The notes under the pieces were generated by a model. The model was not told the DNA's origin. It searched no databases and was given only the letters and a program-made list of their open reading frames with translations. From Octopus sinensis (lineage: Eukaryota), in the NCBI RefSeq assembly GCF_006345805.1, contig NC_043026.1, positions 2,356,001 to 2,420,000 on the forward strand: a stretch of 64,000 bases of DNA. The letters run 5' to 3'. The translations under genes were made by a program, and so were the position numbers. Below, piece after piece: positions 1 through 12,809 of the stretch (position 1 is its first letter; each line of letters begins with the position of its first letter).

Positions 1-1218
1 AAGATGGGCTTTCATATAATCACACTGATAGACAGCATGTTGAGAGGATCGTTATTATTTGTTGCTGATTGAGATCATAAAGATTGGTTAATGAATAAGC
101 CCAATTAATGAAAGTAGGTTCATCTTAATTATCTTTAATATAAGGGACAATGTTTGGGTAGCAATGAGAAAGATGTGTTTGTATGAAAAGGGGTTTGGCA
201 GGTGAAGTGTGTTTTGTTTGTGTCAGGTGAGATAAGTGTGTTTATTATGAAGTATGGGTTTGAGGTGATTAGGAAAAGGTTATGGTTGTGTGTTTTGTGT
301 TAGTGTTATTGAGGTATATTGGTGTGTATTAGGTGATTAATGTAATGGGGTGGGTAGTGAATAGGTGGATTAGGAAATATTGGTGGGGGTGTTTAATGAC
401 ATTCTGGTGACCCATCATCATCAGAATGATCCTCCACCGCCTCCTTGGTCTATGAAATAATGACTGTTACTCTATTGACCCCAGGAGGAATGAAAAATAA
501 AAGAGACCTTCTTCAGGATACACATACATATATATGTATATATGATAGAATGAATGTGTATAATATATACACAAGGATGCACATATGTATATTTATACAT
601 CCATACATCTGTATGTATGTATGATGATCATCATTTTACCCCCACTTTCCATGCTGGAATGGGTTGGATGGTTCAGAGAATATCTTGCCTGAAGTTATAT
701 TTTCTGGTTTTCTTTCTGCAGCTGGATGCTCTTCCTGACACCAACCACTGCACAATGTGCACTGGGTGCATCTTATGGCACCATCGCTAGAGACAATCGC
801 CATGACCTTGACAAAACTAAAGGTTCCCCTCAATCTCTGGGTGTGACATATACCCTGGGATGTGTGAGAGATCTAGGGTAATAAATATATGAAAAGGAGT
901 GGCTGAGTGTTGGGGAGAGACTCAGGTAGGTCCAGTAACATCCCTAGTTTCATTGGAAGAATGGTGAAGAGAAGAGATTTACTGCCAATCTTTGTCACAG
1001 TAGTAAGATAGTAGAGTAAAAAGAAGAAGAGAGAGTGATTGAGAGATGAAAGATAGAGGTAGGGGTGATAGGGGCATGACAGTTGGGACTCAAGGTCCAA
1101 GAGTTGACACTCATCAAAGTGGTGTTTGGAGGTCTGGGAATATACCTCCAAAGAACCAGTTTGATAAATGCTAATAAACGAAACTTTTGGATTTTGGGTC
1201 ACTTTGTTACTTCTGCTA

Positions 1219-1250
<32 letters not shown>

Positions 1251-1252
1251 TA

Positions 1253-2628
1253 TCAAAGGGCCTTAGAGTCAACCTAGCTAAAACCAAAGTCCTAATAAGT
1301 GGGAAGGCAAGCAAACCACAAATTCTTTCAGGTAGATGGCCCTGCCCGATCTGTAGTTGAGGTTTGGGTAGAAACTCTAAGATGTACCCAGTGTAAGCTA
1401 TGGATACATAAGAGGTGCAGCAATATCAAAGGAAGGCTAACTGGGAAGATAGCTTTTGCATGTGGCAGATTCTCGGGTGCAATAAACACTGAAAATGCAC
1501 AGAGAACAACTTTCGCCACATTCCAGGAAGAAAAACTAGAAGTAGTTGATAGCTTCTATTACCTAGGTGACCAAGTCAGTAGTGGGGGAGGGTGCGCTGA
1601 AAGTGTAGCTGCTAGAATAAGAGTAGCTTGGGCAAAGTTCAGAGAGCTCTTACCTCTGCTGGTGACAAAGGGCCTCTCACTCAGAGTAAAAGGTAGACTG
1701 TATGATGCATGTGTACAAACAGCCATGCTATTTGGCAGTGAAACATGGGCTGTGACTGCTGAGGACATGCGTAAGCTCGCAAGGAATGAAACCAGTATGA
1801 TCTGATGGATATGTAATGTCAGTGTGCATACTCGACAGAGTGTAAGTACCTTGAGAGAAATATTGGACCTAAGAAGCAGCAGATGGGGTGTGCAAAAGAC
1901 GACTGCACTGGTATGGTCATGTTGCAAGAATGGATGAGGATAGCTGTGTGAAAAAGTGCCACACCCTAGCGGTTGAGGGAACCTGTGGAAGAGGTAGACC
2001 CAGGAAAACCTGGGATGAAGTGGTGAAGCATGACCTTCGAACTTTAGGCCTCACCAAGGAAATGATTAGTGACAGACACTTTTGGAAATATGCCGTGCAT
2101 GAGAAGACTCGGCAAGCCACATGAGAACATAACCTCATGGTCTATGCAAGCGGTGTAACCAGCCCACTTATGCATACCTTTTCCTTCTTTGGACACTAAA
2201 ACTCTGCTTGCGAAGACCTGTTGATGCAAGTGAAATCAAATCAAATCCGATGACTGGCATCTGTGCTAGCGGGGAGCAAAGAGCACCATACGAGTGTGAT
2301 CGTTGACAGAGTGGCTAACCGGCTTCCATGCCAGTGGCACATAAAAGTCGCCATTCGAGCTTGATAGTTACCAGCATTGCGTTACTGGCACGTGTAAAAG
2401 ATTTGAGCAAGGTCATTACCAGTATCGCGTGACTGGCCCCATGCCGGTGACACGTAAAAGCACCCACTACACTCTCAGAGTGGTTGGCGTTAGGAAAAGC
2501 ATCCAGCTGTAGAAACTCTGCCAGATCAAGATTGAAGCCTGGTGCAACCATCTGGTTCACCAGCCTTCAGTCAAATTGTCCAACCCATGCTAGCATGGAA
2601 AGAGGACATTAAATGATCATGATGATGA
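1253..2628 (+). mobile_element. 5'-truncated RTE-clade LINE (RT C-terminus and 3' UTR with ~55-60 bp tandem units and (GAT)n tail)
   Basis: KGLRVNLAKTKV...EKLEVVDSFYYLG...ARIRVAWAKFRELLPLL...LFGSETW...RRLHWYGHVARMDED...GRGRPRKTWDEVVKHDL, with a stop and frameshifts. The tail ends catgctagcatggaaagaggacattaaatgatcatgatgat. Confidence 0.9.
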
Positions 2629-3590
2629 TATATACATACATACACATATACATAAATGCACGTGTGAAACTATATGAATATACCTTCACGTACCCGTGTA
2701 TAAATGTTTGTGTCTATGTATGTTTATAGATATGAATCAATGAACGACAAAAGAACAAGAGTTACGTAGACACGTTCATTAGCTTCCAGCTGTTTCTGCC
2801 ACAGGAAGCAGTGAACTCGAGCTGAGTGTGTGTGCGCATAGGTGTCTGTGCATTTGTTTATGTTTGCAATCTCTTTTAAATTGCTCCAAGCAGAAACATC
2901 TGTCAATCAATCACCCCCACCTTGGAAGACATGGGAAATAAGAACTTTTGTTCGTGCAAAATGGTTTTGGGTGAGCAATAGGAAGGCTGTCTGTCTGTAA
3001 AACAAGGCTACAATAATATATTCACCTAACCCATGCTAGCATACAAAATCAGATGTGCAATCAAACATAAGTAAACCCATGTTTATGCATTCATATACTC
3101 TTATGCATGCATAAACACACACACACACGTGTATGTGTGCATCTGGTGTTAAGAAGATCATCCAGCTGTAGAAATCTTGCCAAATCTTGCCAAATCTTTC
3201 ATTGGAGCTCAGCAATGTCCTCTGGTTCACTACTTCCTCGTCAACTGTCCTACCCATGCCAGTTAGGGAAAATGGATATCAAAACCTTTATAATACATCA
3301 GGTGGTGTATTTTCTTTTCTGTATTTTCCTTCTAATAATTTTGTTTTGTTTCTTGCCAGGTTCTCATGAGTCCCACTCAGTCAAGTCTATGACTACACTC
3401 GATGAGAGTCACCAATCCTCACTTGGCTTCAAGCAAGAGAATATTTCCCCAAGTTCTTCCAACATGAACAGCACAATGGTTGGATATGTTTTCTGGTGGA
3501 ACACTGCAAACAAACGACTCTGTTTGTTTGACGTGACATTTGTTTATAATAAGCAGCAGATGTCAAGACAAGGAGACATGAGCAGATATA

Positions 3591-3622
<32 letters not shown>

Positions 3623-3964
3623 AATGCATACACATACAAGTACAAATGTAGATATGCATACATGAATATACACCCACATGTATATACCATAGGCTTTATC
3701 AGTTCCATGTACGAAACCCACTCACAAGGCTTGAGTCAACCTGGAACATTAGAAGAAGTTAATTCTTTAAGGTGCTGCAAAGTGGGACTGAACCTGAAAC
3801 CACAAGATTGCAAAGTGAATTCCTTAACCTTACAGCCATGCCCCCATCTTTTTTTGGTGATATTCTGAAGATAATAATAATAACAATAATCCTTTCTGCT
3901 ATAGGCACAAGGCCTGAAATTTTGGGTGTGGGGTCTAGTCGATTACATCAACCCCAGCACCCAA

Positions 3965-4325
3965 CTGTAGTGGGTGCTTTTACGTGTCACTGGCACGGGG
4001 CCAGTCAGGCAGTACTGGCAATGACCTCGCTCGAATCTTTTACACATGCCACTGGTATAGGTGCCAGGCAATGCTGCTGTAATGATCACACTCGAATGGT
4101 GTGTTTTACGTGCCATCGGCATGGAGGCCAGATAGCTGCTCTGGCAACGATCATGCTCGGATGGTGCCCTTAACACCCTACTAGCACGGGGCTCGAGTGC
4201 CAGTAAGCCGACGCTGGTAACGATCACACTTGAATGGTGCCTTTTATGTGCCACTGGCAAAGAACCCGGTTAGCCGCTCTGTCAGCGACCACACTCGTAT
4301 GGTGCTCTTTGCACCCCGCTAGCAC
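3965..4325 (-). repeat. RTE 3'UTR-derived repeat (tandem ~55-bp units)
   Basis: Units such as ggtgcttttacgtgtcactggcac match the tail of the 1253 element. Confidence 0.75.
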
Positions 4326-4703
4326 AGTAATTTAATGAATTAATTAATCAATTAATTAACAATTTTACCAAGTAGATCGGTACGTTAAAATTACCTTTAT
4401 AGGTAAAATTATCCATATAATTATAATTAGGCTCGATTGTGTACATATTCAGTCATAGCACTTTGAAATTTTATAAAAATTGGAAATATTGTACTGAAGA
4501 GAGAAGTAAGTAAAATTCAAATTACTTTAATCTCGAAACACGAATATAATTAATTCTGGTCATGTTGATTCATTGTCTTTCTCTTTGCCTTCGTAAAAAA
4601 GTATGTTTACCGTCATGGAGATTCTCATAGTAGTAGAAAAGGAATTTTTAACTCCCATTTCTAATTTCGGGATGTGGTGAAGCAGTTAGCTGAACCCTAA
4701 TTA

Positions 4704-4950
4704 TCTCTCTATATATAAAGCTGAAGTTGTCTGTGTATGGCAGGTTTGTTAGCCTTCAACTAACACTGTCTCCTCCGAGATCCTGCCGCGCAAGTTGACC
4801 AAAATTGAGAGTGTGATAGAAGAAGGTTTGCTCTTCCTTCCGCAGAAGAAAAAATTCAAATTGGACCATGTTAACACCAAAAATTATTTACATCAAAAAG
4901 GTGCTTTTTTTCTATAAAAATCTCTATATTTTATGATATTATGATATTCC
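4704..4950 (+). mobile_element. Non-autonomous Helitron-like 5' end
   Basis: A|TCTCTCTATATATAAAGCTGAAGTTGTCTGTG is a typical Helitron-type 5' terminus. The 3' end was not identified. Confidence 0.4.
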
Positions 4951-4959
4951 TATTATAAT

Positions 4960-5640
4960 AAAACTGATTTTAAATTTTGGCACAAGGCCAGCAATTTCAC
5001 AGCTAGAACTTAATTTATCAATCCCAAAAGGATGAAAGGCGAAATCAACCTTGGTGGAATTTGAACTCAGAATGTAAAGACGGTCAAAATTCTGCTTTGC
5101 ATCCACATAATTCTGCCGGCTCGTCACAGTAATAATAATAATAATAATCCTTTCTTACTATAGGAAGAAGGCCTGAAATTTCGGGTGAGGGGACTAGTTG
5201 ATTACATCAGACCCAGCCCCTAACTGGTTCTTATTTTATCAATCAGAAAAAAGGATGAGAGGCAAAGTCGACCTTGTGGAATTTGGTGGAATAAGTACCA
5301 GTTGCACAACTCCAGTGTGTAACTGGTACTTATTGAATTGACCCCAAAAGGAAGAAAGGCAAAGTCGACCTTGGTGGAATTTGAACTCAGACTGTAGCGG
5401 CAAACGAGTCATCATAATATTATAATAATAAGAATGGCTTCAAATTTTAGCACAAGGCCAGCAGTTTCAGGGGAGCAGGTAAGTTGATTACAGCGACCCC
5501 AGAACTCGAAAGGTACTTATTTTATCGACCCTGAAAGAATGGAAGTTGACATCGGCAATATTTGAACTCAGAACGTAAAGACAACCAAAATGCTGCCAAG
5601 CATTTTGCCCAGCATGCTAACTGTTCTGCCAGCTCACCAC
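4960..5640 (-). mobile_element. Cluster of three copies of tRNA-derived SINE family B
   Basis: Repeated aaaggcaaagtcgaccttggtggaatttgaactcaga cores. The same family occurs at 19770-19965(-), 21295-21520(-), 41960-42175(+), 46960-47160(+), 48215-48560 and 50980-51260(+). Confidence 0.8.
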
Positions 5641-5852
5641 CTACATCATCATCATCATCATCATAATAATAATAAACAATAACAACAACAACCATACTTT
5701 TCCTATTTCATATCCTTCATATGTCCCCTTTTACTTTCATCTCTCTCTCTCTCTCTAATTCACTGTCTCCTTTTAAATATCAACTTCAACATTTCATTCC
5801 CTTCTTTTACATAAACATATATATATATATTATGTGTGTATATGTGTATATA

Positions 5853-5895
<43 letters not shown>

Positions 5896-5939
5896 ATATA
5901 TATATACATATGTATATATATAATATATATATATTATGT

Positions 5940-6270
5940 ATCATCATCATCATCGTTTAACGTCTGCCTTCCATGCTAGCATGGGTTGGACGATTTTGAC
6001 TGAGGGCTGGCAAACCAGATGGCTGCACCAGGCTCCAATCTTGATCTGGCAGAGTTTCTACAGCCGGATGCCCTTCCTAACGCCAACCACTCCGAGAGTG
6101 TAGTGGGTGCATTTTACGTGCCACCGGCAGGAGGGCCAGTCAGGCGGTACTGGCAACGACCTCACTCGAATGGTGTCATTTACGTGCCACTGACACGGAA
6201 GCCAGTTAACCACTCTGGCAACGATCACGCTTGGATGATGCTCTTAGCACCCTACTAGCCCGGGCACAAG
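5940..6270 (-). repeat. RTE 3' tail-derived repeat
   Basis: catcatcgtttaacgtctgccttccatgctagcatggg...agtttctacagccggatg, the reverse complement of the 2490-2628 tail. Related copies at about 620-830, 3120-3290, 7010-7485, 59750-59890 and 63700-63935. Confidence 0.8.
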
Positions 6271-6916
6271 TAAGGCCACGTGTATATATATATATATATT
6301 CTTTAATTCTTGTACTTGCTTCAGTCATTTGAGTGTGGCCATGCTGGAGCACTGCCTTTAGTCAAACAAATCAACCTCAGGACTTATTCTTTCTAAGACC
6401 AATACTTATACTTGGTCTCTTTAGCCAAATTGCTAAGTTACAAGGATGTAAACATACCAATATTGGTTGTCAAGCTCTGTTGGTGGGACAAACAGAGACA
6501 CATAAATATATCTGATGGGCTTCTTTCAGTTTCCGTCTAACAGTTCCACTCACAAGGTTTTGATTTGCCCAATGTGCCATGCAATAGGACTGAACCCAGA
6601 GCCATGTGGTTGGCAAGCATGCTTCTTACCACACAGCCACTCTTGTGCCCCTGCCCCACTGCTTCTAATTCTTGTCACCTCCCACATTACCACTCCCCCT
6701 TTATGTATATATTGTATTCCTTTATTTGTTTCAGTCAACTGACTGCAGCCATGCTGGAGCACCGCCTGTAGTCAAATATAAATGGACCCCAGTTCTTATT
6801 CTTTGTTTTGCCCAATACTTATTCTATCAGTCTCTTTTGCCAAATCGCTAAGATACAGGGACGCAAACACATCAAAATCGGTTGTCAAGCGAAGCTGGGG
6901 GCAAACATAAACACAA

Positions 6917-7009
<93 letters not shown>

Positions 7010-8529
7010 CGAAATTGAACCAAATTCGATGACTGGCACCCGTGCCAGTGGAGCACTAACAGCACCATCCACGTGTGATCATTGCCAGAGCAGCTGTCTG
7101 GCTCCCATGCCAGTGGCACATGAAAAGCACCATTTGAGCGTGATCGCTACCAGCATTGCCTCATCGGCACTTGTGCTGGTGGCACAAAAAATGATTCTAG
7201 CGAGGTCGTAGCCAGTGCCGCTGGACTGGCTCCTGTGCAGGTGGCACGTAAAAGGCACCATTTGAGCGTGGCTGTTGCCAGTATCGCCTGACTGGCCCTT
7301 GTGCTGGTGTAACGTAAAAGCAACCAGTACACTCTCGGAATGGTTGGCATTAGGAAGGGCATCCAGCTATAGAAACTCTGCCAGATGAGATTGGAGCCTG
7401 GTGCAGCCATCTGGTTCACCTGTCCTCACTCAAATTGTCCAACCCATGACAGCATGGAAAGCGGACGTTAAACAATGATGATGATATTCTTTCATTTCCG
7501 TCTACCAAATCCTCTCACAAGTCTTTGGTTGGCCTGAGGCTATAATAGTAAACACTTGCTCAAAGTATCACGCAGTGGAACTGAACCCGGAACTATGTGG
7601 TTGGGAAGTAAGCTTCTTACCACACAGCCACTCCTGTGTGTGTGTATATATATATATATATACACCACAGATTCACAAACCTAAAGATCCTGACTCCATA
7701 CGGATTTATAGTGGCAGAGCTGATGCTGGGAATGGCCAATGAGCTGGTGTTGACAACAACAACAACAACAACAGAAGCACAGTGGCAGTGACCGGATGGG
7801 TGTCTTTGAGACCAGAGCCTTAAACGGCTGAAAAAAGTGGAAGGGTCAACTACAACAGTTGTTGCAGACTTGATAATATAAACAAAGAGAAGAACGATGA
7901 AAGAGGGAGGAAATGGATGAAGAGGAGGCATGTAAATAAACTCTGGGTCTACATTGATGGAAAATAAGTTGAAAAACAGCATCAGAAGATCTGACCTCTC
8001 TGGCTGTATTTAAAATCAAAAGTGGTCAACCAGATGACATAAGATATAGAATGACTTGAAGAGATTTGAAATCTGGAGGAGCCTTTCTCTCTACTTGTGT
8101 AACCCCTGGCAATGTCTTGCACATAGAAAGAAAGAAGTGGTTGAAGAGGATGAAGAACAACAATGATGACAAATCTACTCCAGTACTTGACTGGTTCTTT
8201 ATCAATCATAATATAAAGTAAAGCTGACCTCACTAGGTATTGAACTCAGGGCACCAGAGCAGATACTGGAAACAGTCTTTTAGTAAAATGTGTGAATGCC
8301 TTTGCCAACTGACCCCTTTTTACATGAATAAGTTCACTTGTTTAACTGTTTGATTTCTATGAATATATTATTGCTTGAGAGAGCATCATTAGAGAAACAT
8401 AACCAGGTCGTACCTTGGTCAGGTAATAACAAATGATTAATTACATTATACACAGGTGCATGTTCGTTGGTATATCTGATGTTACCTTGGAATTGTTTAA
8501 TTTTTAGACAATTCTCTTGGTAAACTTGA

Positions 8530-10130
8530 AGAAATATACAAATTTATAACATAGATTATTATTATTAAAAATACAATATTTAAATGTAATTTATAAAAAT
8601 ATATTAAAAATACAATCTTTTTAAATTAATAGGATGTTTAACTTTTATAATTCCGAAATACAATTTATAAAGTTGAAATATTGAAACATTAAAATTATTT
8701 TTATAAACAGTAAATATATTTAAAATTAAAGAAATACATTTGTTTAAAATATATTAAAACTATGATTTCCATTTTTGATTTCTAACTGAAAGTTAATTCT
8801 TGTCTAGCGATGCTATAGTCAAAAACTCTCTAACCATGACCCTCCCATAAGTTGTCATGGTTGAATATGTTTTTAGGGGCATTTTAGGGACTTTGTTCTT
8901 TGTTTGTAATAGAGTTTATATTAAATGCAGACAATGTGAAGTAATTCCCAGAAGCCATCCATCTGATAAATAATATCGAAGATGGTGAGAAAACATATTT
9001 AATGCATTGCACATTAAAATGTTGATGTAGGATAAAGATGTGCTGAGAGAGAAAATATATGTTGTCACCAAATTGTTTAATATTTAAACAATTCTTCTTG
9101 TTTGCTTCAAGATATAAAATAGAAATGAAATCACCAGAACAATTCCATTTATATACAAAGTTTAATATTGAAATAAAAAATCAGTTTAAAACATTTCAAT
9201 TAGTAGAGTCGTTAGAATGGTATTAGTACTGACACTTTGTGTTCTGGGTTCAAATTCTGACATGGTCAACTTTGACTTTTATTATGCAAGGGTCAATAAT
9301 TTAAATACTAGTTTGAGGTGGTAGAATTAAATACTGGACACGATGCCTTCCAGTAGGTAATGTGGTTCTTTATGAATTGAGTTCAAATCCCATTGTGGCC
9401 ACCCTATGTTGCAGACTATATCTATCACCAAATTTCATACCAAAAGCTGGCCCCTGAGCTGCTTTTAGCAGAGGATTTCTCTTTTGTCTGCAATCACATT
9501 AGGCCCCTTGTTTTGAGAATGTCTTTTTCCCACTCACCACTGTCAAAGACCCTAGAAAAAGAAAGGGTTATATGCAGGGCCGTTCTTGACTAAGCTTTTA
9601 AAAAATTAAGTTTATGAAAATCAGCCAATTAATTTATCTGCCATGAAATTAATTTGCAAATTTTAAATTTCACTAGAGACTTAGAAATCCACTTTAAACT
9701 ACATAAAATGATGTATCCTTAGATGAACATTTCCATCAAATAGTTTTGACATAGTTATAACACAACCATACTTTATATTCTGGAAATGAAAGGTTTTACT
9801 TGTGATGTGACACTGCAAAATGTTTAAACAATGTTTAGTCTATAAAATGGTGTGTGCAAATAAAACAATATCTATATAACAGTATATTTATGTTTGAAAT
9901 AAGTCTAATGAATGTTTAGCAATGTGAATGTGGTGGTAAATTGTGTGTTAAATAAATAGGAGAATATTATTTACCAGGGTTGGTTATTGGGTTTTGATAC
10001 TGGCTTGAAGTCTTTCTGTCTCAGAAATATTCTGTGAGTCTGCTTCGCTCGAACAGCAATTAAGATATGGCAACAGTTAAGAGGATACTTATAATATATC
10101 CGGGAGTAGTAGGCATTGCCTCCTCATATG
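8530..10130. repeat. Local segmental duplication, copy 1
   Basis: Collinear with 12810-14650, including decayed SINE pieces at the same positions. Near-identical over about 8935-9175. Confidence 0.9.
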
Positions 10131-11381
10131 TGTGTGTGTGTGTGTATACATCTTTATGTATGTATATATAGATGGATATACACATATGTACATGTCTGTG
10201 TGTATATACATTTTTATGTGTGTATAGGTGTGGGAGCGGCTCTGTAGTAAGTAGATTGCTTACCAACCACATGGCTCTGGGTTCAGTCCCACTGTGTGGC
10301 ACCTTGCACAAGTGACTTCTACTATAGCCTGGGGCCAACCAAAGCCTTGTAAGTAGATTTGGTAGATGGAAACTGAAAGAAGCCCATTCTCTATATATAT
10401 GTATGTGTGTGTATATGTCCCCCATAGCTTAGCAGTTTAGCAAAAGAGACTGATAGAATAAGTACTAGGCTTACAAAGAAAAAATCCTGGGGTCGATTTG
10501 CTCAATTAAAGGCAGTGCTCCAGCATAGCCATAGTCTTGTTAGAAATAATAAAGAAATTTTCCTGAAATAACATACAACCTTCTCATAAATACTCACACA
10601 TTTATATAGATATGCTTATTTTTATATACTATGTATATATATATGTGTGTATATATATACACATACACACACACTCACATGTTTATATATACACATGTAT
10701 GTATATATATATACATGTTTGTGTATGATAGTAACATAACTATGGTGTTACTGTTGTGAAACCGGCATTTCTTATGCTTGAAGAATTTTGGTATTGGTCT
10801 GGAATCCAACAGCCCAGAGCTCAGGTTGGGTTTCTCTGCAAATAATCTACCAGGAACTAACTTATATGTATGTGTGCACATATGTATATGTATTCTCTTA
10901 TTCCTTTACTTGTTTCAGTAATTTGAATGTGGTCATGCTGGAGCACCACCTTTAGTAGAAGAAATCGATCCGAGGACTTACTCTTTGTCAGCCTAGTAGT
11001 TTTTCTGTTGGTCTTTTTTGCTGAACTGCTAAGTTATAGGGGTGTAAACACAGCAACACTGGTTCTCAAACGATGGTGAGGGTGGACAGTCACAGATGCA
11101 CAATCATATATATATATATAAATGAATGTGTATTTTTCCTTGTTAACAGTTAACACGGAAAAAATACATAAACAGGTACCAGGAAGTAAAAGAATTTGAA
11201 CAACACCTGCATTTAACTCCATATCTATCTATCTATCTATGTATCTATCTATCTATATATATATATATATATATATATACATACATATATATACACACAC
11301 ACACATGCACTAGTACAGATTAAACACCTTCATAATTGCACTCATATATTTATCAACACACCACACACACACATATATATG

Positions 11382-11412
<31 letters not shown>

Positions 11413-12809
11413 ATATATATAATATATAATATATACATATATACACAAACACACTCATACATTCAGGGTGGACTTCTTTCTGTTTCAGTCTACCAAAGCC
11501 ACTCACAAAGCTTTGGTTATAGTAGATGACACTTGCTTAAGGTGCCACACGGTGGGACTGAACCTGGAACCATGTAGTTGGGAAGCAAGCCTCATATCAC
11601 AAAGACACTCCTGTTGTTATTTGGATTTGATTTTCACTTCCTCCCTCTTAAGATCTCAAAATCCATTTTGAAATAATTCCAGTTGTTTCCAACTGATAAA
11701 GCATTCATTTACATTTACTCAACAACTCAAGGGTTTTGTTTACACATTGGTCCCCAAAATGCAAGCATTCACATCCCCACCACCACCACCACCACAAAAA
11801 AATCCCACTCTCATCACCATCATCATCTTATTCATTAGTTTCAGCTGTCATTTATTAAAAATATAATGCTTTGTGTATTGTTTTAGTTTTCCTGTACAGA
11901 ACCTCATTCTTTCCTCTCTCTCTCTCCCTCTTTCTCTCTTTCTCTTTCTCTCTTTCACTCTCTCTTACTCTTTCTCTCTCTCTCTCGCTCTCTCTTTCTC
12001 TCTCTTACTCTCTCTCTTTCTCACTTTCACTTTCTCTCTCTCTCTCTCTCTCTCTCTCTTCAAATAATCACTCTGAAATCATTTGATCCTTGTTGTTCTT
12101 TTGATTTCGTTTCCCCTCCCTCCCTCTCAACATCTAACAATCTGCTTTTGTGTCACAATGGCTAAGCTGCCTTTAGACAAAAATAAATATAATTGAAACC
12201 TCTTTGCAAACTGATAACACATTCATTTACAGATTCGGGGTCATCTCAAGGGTTTTGCTTTTAAAAAAAACCCTTAGAAACTGGTTTTTCTAATGAATAT
12301 GCATTGTTCAGTATAAATTTCACTTTCTTCAGTCTGGATGCAAATACTACACCAAACACCACCACCACCACCACAACAAACAAAAAACAGCATTATCACC
12401 TTCATCATCATCAACATCATCATCACAATCATTGTGTTATTTTGAATTTATTAAAAATAAATTTATTTATTCTATTTTTATTTCCGTTTAGTTAAAATAT
12501 TTACCGGATTTAAAAAGAAATACCAGTGATAATACAATCAGTTAAATGCATCAAGGCAATGCTCCAGCATGGCCGTGGTTCTATTACTAAAGGAGTAAAA
12601 CACATCAGCCACACATTACATACACAACTTGAAATCTCTACTTCACCACGACCACCACCATTTAGTCTGTTAACCTATCTCTATAAATGACACACCCTCT
12701 CTTCAATTATTATTCATGTCTTTCTCATCCACAAATCTACACTTAAAAAAAAACCATCACTATTCTATTCCTCAACCAAGCTGATAATTCCACAGAAATC
12801 TCCAAGAAT

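Noticed and set aside
1-420. G/T-rich strand-biased segment, possibly a PLE remnant on the minus strand
   Set aside because: The compositional bias resembles PLE sequence, but no diagnostic motif could be read and the frames contain stops.
2270-2480. Regularly spaced ~55-60 bp repeats resembling a CRISPR array
   Set aside because: The units are degenerate tandem repeats without unique spacers, lie in the RTE 3' UTR, recur across the window, and have no cas genes in a eukaryotic context.
11690-12260. Short diverged direct repeat (aactgataa..cattcatttaca…ctcaagggttttg)
   Set aside because: Only about 50 bp with gaps. A GATA-like motif is present but not distinguishable from an old local duplication.
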